Below, one piece after another: positions 59,680 through 64,000 of a stretch of 64,000 bases of DNA. This DNA is from Macrostomum hystrix (lineage: Eukaryota; Animalia; Platyhelminthes), in assembly GCA_950097015.1 (NCBI GenBank), contig CATNEN010000001.1:12338001-12402000 (forward strand), given 5' to 3'. Within the stretch, counting starts at the first letter, position 1. The number at the start of each line of letters is the position of its first letter. A model generated the notes under the pieces. The model was not told the DNA's origin and did not search any database. It saw only the letters and a list, made by a program, of their open reading frames with translations. Made by a program: the position numbers and the translations under genes.

Positions 59680-60660
59680 CTCTGGGCTCTGGCAATGCCG
59701 AGCTAAAGGCTGCGGCAGGAAGACAGCTGTAAGCGCGCACGAGAGTTAATAAGGAGCTAGGGATTCGCGAGTAGATGCGGAGCGTAGCATGTACATTTCT
59801 TTTCAGGGGTTGGAGGAGTCCTTGGCAGGTTTTCCTTCTCCCGCTTGGGTAGACCCAAGTGTACGTGTCAAACTCCCTTTCCAATGGAGTTTCCCCTCTG
59901 TCCCCCTCGCAACTGCGGCCACGGGAGCGGGAGTGATAATCTAATAATCTTCCGCCTGCATAATCACTCAGCCAGTTGTTCTGCTTAGTCTCTCCAACCT
60001 CTGGTCTCCTCAGCTGACTCAGATTCGGATTCGTTAGTTACCTAATGTGTAGGCTGCAGTCTAATGTATTGAATGTGCCTGATGTGTTAATGAATAGGAT
60101 TCTGACTACGTATTCTCGTTCGAGTTCTTAGTACCACCTTTCTAGACCCCTGTAGCGCAAATGCAGGAATCCCCTTGTGAGGCGTTTCTCAATCCATTCT
60201 GGAGCCCCGCCCCAGTCTAAAACGGAAGTTGCAGTAATGCCCGATTTCGGCTTGTCCAGATCTGTGTGATAAACTAGGAGCTGTGTACTCCGGGGACCCA
60301 GGTTCCCAAATGTCTGCGGTGGCAACGCAGACGCACTGGGTGGTGGCGCTACCCTAGATCATCTATCCGCTTTGCCGATAGTCATTCCTCAGTTCTGTGA
60401 CAAGGGCCTAGACCGATTCGACCACCGCTACCAAAGCTAGGAGTCAGTTGCGTAACGCACTACTGACGACAGTAGGCTATTCAGGCCCTGTCTTGCCCGA
60501 TTCCAGGCAATCCGAACGCTCCCTTACTCCCTTAGACTTTTCGCCGGTTTCGAGCAAAGCTTGGGTAGGCAAGACAATAATGTCTGGGGCCTATGGGACG
60601 AGTGGGACTGGCTAGGCTGAGGCCATAGGACCACTCCAAACCTCCACTGGACTCCTCCAT
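59680..60660 (+). mobile_element. Copy C: only the downstream structured module of the long LTR-like family, with different flanks
   Basis: Colinear with 39260-40210 and 45010-45970. Confidence 0.88.
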
Positions 60661-60869
60661 CCCCCTTCTCCTCCTCTTCCAGTTATAATATCCCTTCTCT
60701 AACATTATTAACTAACTAATAACTACAGACTGTTCAGAATAAATTATTATTATTTGGTTTGTGAAAGAGCAAAGGATATATTTTTCTGCTAAGGATTAGC
60801 GTTTGAACTAAAGAGCAAAACACAAAAGCAAAACATAGGCAACATAAAAATGCAAAAAAGAACAAAAAG

Positions 60870-61365
60870 CACCGTTTTGTGTCGCTGGGCCTGCTTGGTG
60901 ATGAACCAGTCTAGTTCGTACCAGCGTCCCTTGCGGGGGTGTTTCCAGGTCCCTCTCTTTTGTTGTTTGTGGTGAGAGTTCGTCCAGGTGAGCTGTTGTT
61001 CTTCCATCCATGTCGCTAGTTCTTTGCCTTGGTGGTTAGACTTGCCTAGGTCGTGTTTGCCGATGCTGTCGAAGTGCGTGTGCAGGTCGTTGCCTATGTG
61101 TGCGTTAAAGTCTCCTCCAATCACTCGTTGTTTCTTCTTGCCTACCGTGGATAGGAGCGTCTGGAGTTCCGTCCGGATGAGGTGTTTCTTGTGCTCGAAC
61201 CCGTCGCTGCCCACGTGTGGTTAGTAGACCGCAACGATCAGGAAGTTGTCGATCTCTATTCCGATGGTACGTTTGCTGTCCCCCAGGTGTAGCTTTCTGC
61301 CCGAATTGTTCCACATGTGCCAGGTGTGTTTGTTTAGTAGTATGCCTGCTCGGTGGTTGTGTATA
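60870..61365 (-). pseudogene. APE endonuclease fragment of a non-LTR (RTE-like) retrotransposon
   Basis: IGGDFNAHIG, N.QG..L, TWKHP...WYELDWF. Confidence 0.85.
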
Positions 61366-61369
61366 AGGT

Positions 61370-61490
61370 CCCAAGTAACCAGCTACGTCGGATTAACATC
61401 GGATAGACGTCGGCTAGATACGTTGGTCGACCATCGGATTTGTCGCGCTAGACAACGTCGTGTATACGTCGGGAGCCGACGTTGAATGCT
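61370..61490 (+). mobile_element. Possible DNA-transposon end (CCC terminus with ACGTCG subterminal repeats)
   Basis: CCCAAGTAACC begins where the RTE fragment stops, followed by multiple ACGTCG motifs; partner end not in window. Confidence 0.35.
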
Positions 61491-63432
61491 ATCGTAAATC
61501 CGATATCATTTAGACAATGAAGTACCTACAACGTACAGTATACGAGCGTATTTCCATGGATTTTTGCTACGCTTTCCATCATGTGCAATTACGCCCATTA
61601 ATCGGCATAAAAAAGTACGTTATAATAAAATGACAAATAAATACATTTACTTTGCACTTCAAATTTTTCATTCAAAATCGATAATATCCGATGGAAATAT
61701 TTTCTAAGCTGCCCTTCGTTAAATACTTATTATTTATTGTTAGAGCAATTAACAGAAATTACATGGTCATTAATAATAATATAATAATAATTGCAGGAGG
61801 GCTGCGGGCAATGGCACATCGTTTAGTCGACCCGCAGCCAGCGAGGAGGCAATTCTGCTTATTTCGCTGACTCCTGAGCACATACGCACAGGCACAGGCA
61901 CACGCACAGGCACACGCACACACGCACATTGCACTAAAAATACTTTACGCAGACACACGCTCACACAGGTGCGTACATCTGCCCTGACTTTCTCATCGTC
62001 AGGCAGTGTACACTTCACTGTGCCTTCAGGTTGGCCCTCAAGGGCGTATAAATTTTACGACAAGCCCCCAAGCCTTCTCTCCACGGCTGCGCCCCAAATA
62101 AATGTGGCCTCGCCGTGGAATCGAAATTAGGGACCGTGGTGCGAAAGGCAAACGCGTTAAGCGCTCTCCCAACCGACCCCCCCTATATGGCCATAAATAA
62201 GTAGTAAAAAATTTGGCGTAAAGCCACAGGATGCATAATAATTACATTTGAACATTTATAAGTAACAAGAAAGTATAAATTTGCATTCTGCAGCATTCTT
62301 TTTTCTGATATCCCTTTTATTCGCTTGCTATCTGAGCAAGACTTTGTATTTGGGTACGGAAAGCATTGGAAAAAAATTAGTGAGCAAGAACTTAACAAAT
62401 TTAATGGTTAATAATTAAATTAGTAACTAATTTTAGCTAATTTAAGCTATGAACCTTTCTTACCTAAAAATGCAAATAACAAAGCAGTTATAATTGATGC
62501 CTACCATTAGCATTTTTCTGCTATGAATTTCCACTTACTAATAACAGAATTTTAGGCTAAAATTTCGACTGTCTTACTGCTTAGAATCTTTCCAGTGCCT
62601 GAGGATTCCCTTCACGTCAGCTTCAACTTCATTTTCGGTTCAACTTCAATTGCAGCTTAGTAAAACTGCGCCCTTGACAAGCAACCAAAGGGCGGTGTCC
62701 TTGAACGAACGTTTGCTGTGACCTTGTCTAACTTGTCCGGCGAATGAGAACAGACCCATTTATGTAGAATTCGTCGGGTTGTATCCTTTGACGCTGTGCC
62801 TCCAGCAACTGCCATTTGCCGGTTCTAATACGGATTTGATGGTTAATAATGAAATAATGATCTTAAAAGACTAGGAAAAAATACTTGAGTTTTTAGAAAA
62901 CTCACTAGCACACTAAGCCCCCCTTGGGTGGCACTATTGTTCAGACAAACATTTTGTGTAATGCAGAAGGAAAAACACCTGAAAGCAAACAAAAACGAAA
63001 ACACATTTCGTTAGTATTAATTTCCCTGACTGCTAATATACGTGATTGCGATTCAACGAGAATTTGAATTCTCACTAAATTCAAAAATAGTCAGTCTGAG
63101 CTTGAACACATTCTGAGACATCCGGTCACCAAGACTAGTTGCTTGTTACGGCAACCCTACAGGCCGCATCCCCCCGGATGTTCCCGCTTTGCCAGGACGT
63201 TTGTCCTGCCCGCTTGGCCCCGAACCTGGTTGTCGCCAGGAAGAAGGGAGGGTAAGCTTGTCAAGCCTTGTACTATCAAAGTTAAAGGGCACGTCATCGT
63301 CTTGCATCACGACTAAGAGCCTACGTAAATGAGTGTGCTTATACGACCTGCTCATATAAGCTCAAATGGCGCAAATCTGAATTGTTGAAATATTGACACG
63401 ATGTTCCATAGACTATAGAACACGCATCTGCG

Positions 63433-63737
63433 CATGAGCGGACTACAATTGTCCTTAATCACGCTTGGAGCCTAGATAAGCCAAGTAGCGACCAGCTACT
63501 TGCCAAGCACATGCCAACTCCTGCCAGCCCTTAACCACTACCTGCTAAGTACATGCCAACGCCTGCCTACCTACCATCTACATGCCAAGTACATGCTAAC
63601 CCCTGCCAACCATTAATCAACTACCTTCCAAGTGCATGCTAATCCCTGCCAACCCTTAGCCCACTACTTGGCCCAGTACATGCCAACCCCTGCCAAGTGA
63701 GCCTATGAGCGGAGTACAATTGTCCTTAATCACGCTT
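63433..63737. repeat. ~36-40-bp tandem repeats bracketed by a 33-bp direct repeat
   Basis: ATGAGCGGA(C/G)TACAATTGTCCTTAATCACGCTT occurs twice around GCCAAGTACATGCCAACCCCT units. Confidence 0.75.
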
Positions 63738-64000
63738 CCCAGTGTCAAAGCCGAAGTTGCCCTGAACTAGGCCCACCCGAGTTCGGGCCGACTCAGGTTT
63801 GATGGCGGTTCTACGAGCGTATCTCGGGCCGTATCTTCCATACTTTTTTCAATGCAGGACCCTATATTGCCGCCATCGAGTTTACTGCTTTGTACTTTAC
63901 ATATTGGACTACATGTCTGCCTTTGTCAAAAGTAATATTTGGGTACATTTAGCTTTGCTTCCACCTAAACTTTTCTTACAAGGAAAAATGAAAACTATAA

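Noticed and set aside
61980-62008. Minimal hammerhead CTGACGA-TGA-GAAA on the minus strand
   Set aside because: No viable stem II or III; explained as a simple CTGAC/GTCAG hairpin.

Overview
Eukaryotic (metazoan-type, spliceosomal-intron) repeat-dense DNA made almost entirely of nested mobile elements; no intact cellular housekeeping gene is evident and the host cannot be identified from sequence alone. Left to right: a decayed, intron-containing Helitron (STPR-OTU-Rep, minus strand, ~490-10160) whose 6-kb intron holds a Polinton fragment; a Helitron-like repeat with a tRNA-like segment and an 18-bp minisatellite; an intact, very young Ty3/Gypsy element (12980-22131, 4-bp TSD, GGGAAAC -1 frameshift site, Cys-repeat insert in Pol, extra ORF3); a decayed but gene-complete Polinton/adintovirus (~24740-41710: PLA2X, INT, pX-like, pPolB, adenain, GasderminX-like, ATPase, MCP, penton) whose ATPase and MCP are each split by a solo LTR; an intronless ELF/E74-like ETS-domain ORF just outside its right inverted repeat; a hAT transposon inside another LTR; and Gypsy and RTE-like fragments. 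The two most interesting observations are (1) a family of 2.3-2.4 kb LTR-like units (four copies or fragments) carrying a ~1 kb non-coding module with repeated compensatory base changes, i.e. a candidate large structured RNA, and (2) the Polinton-adjacent ETS factor together with clustered GGAAGT sites. All alignments and folds were done by eye.
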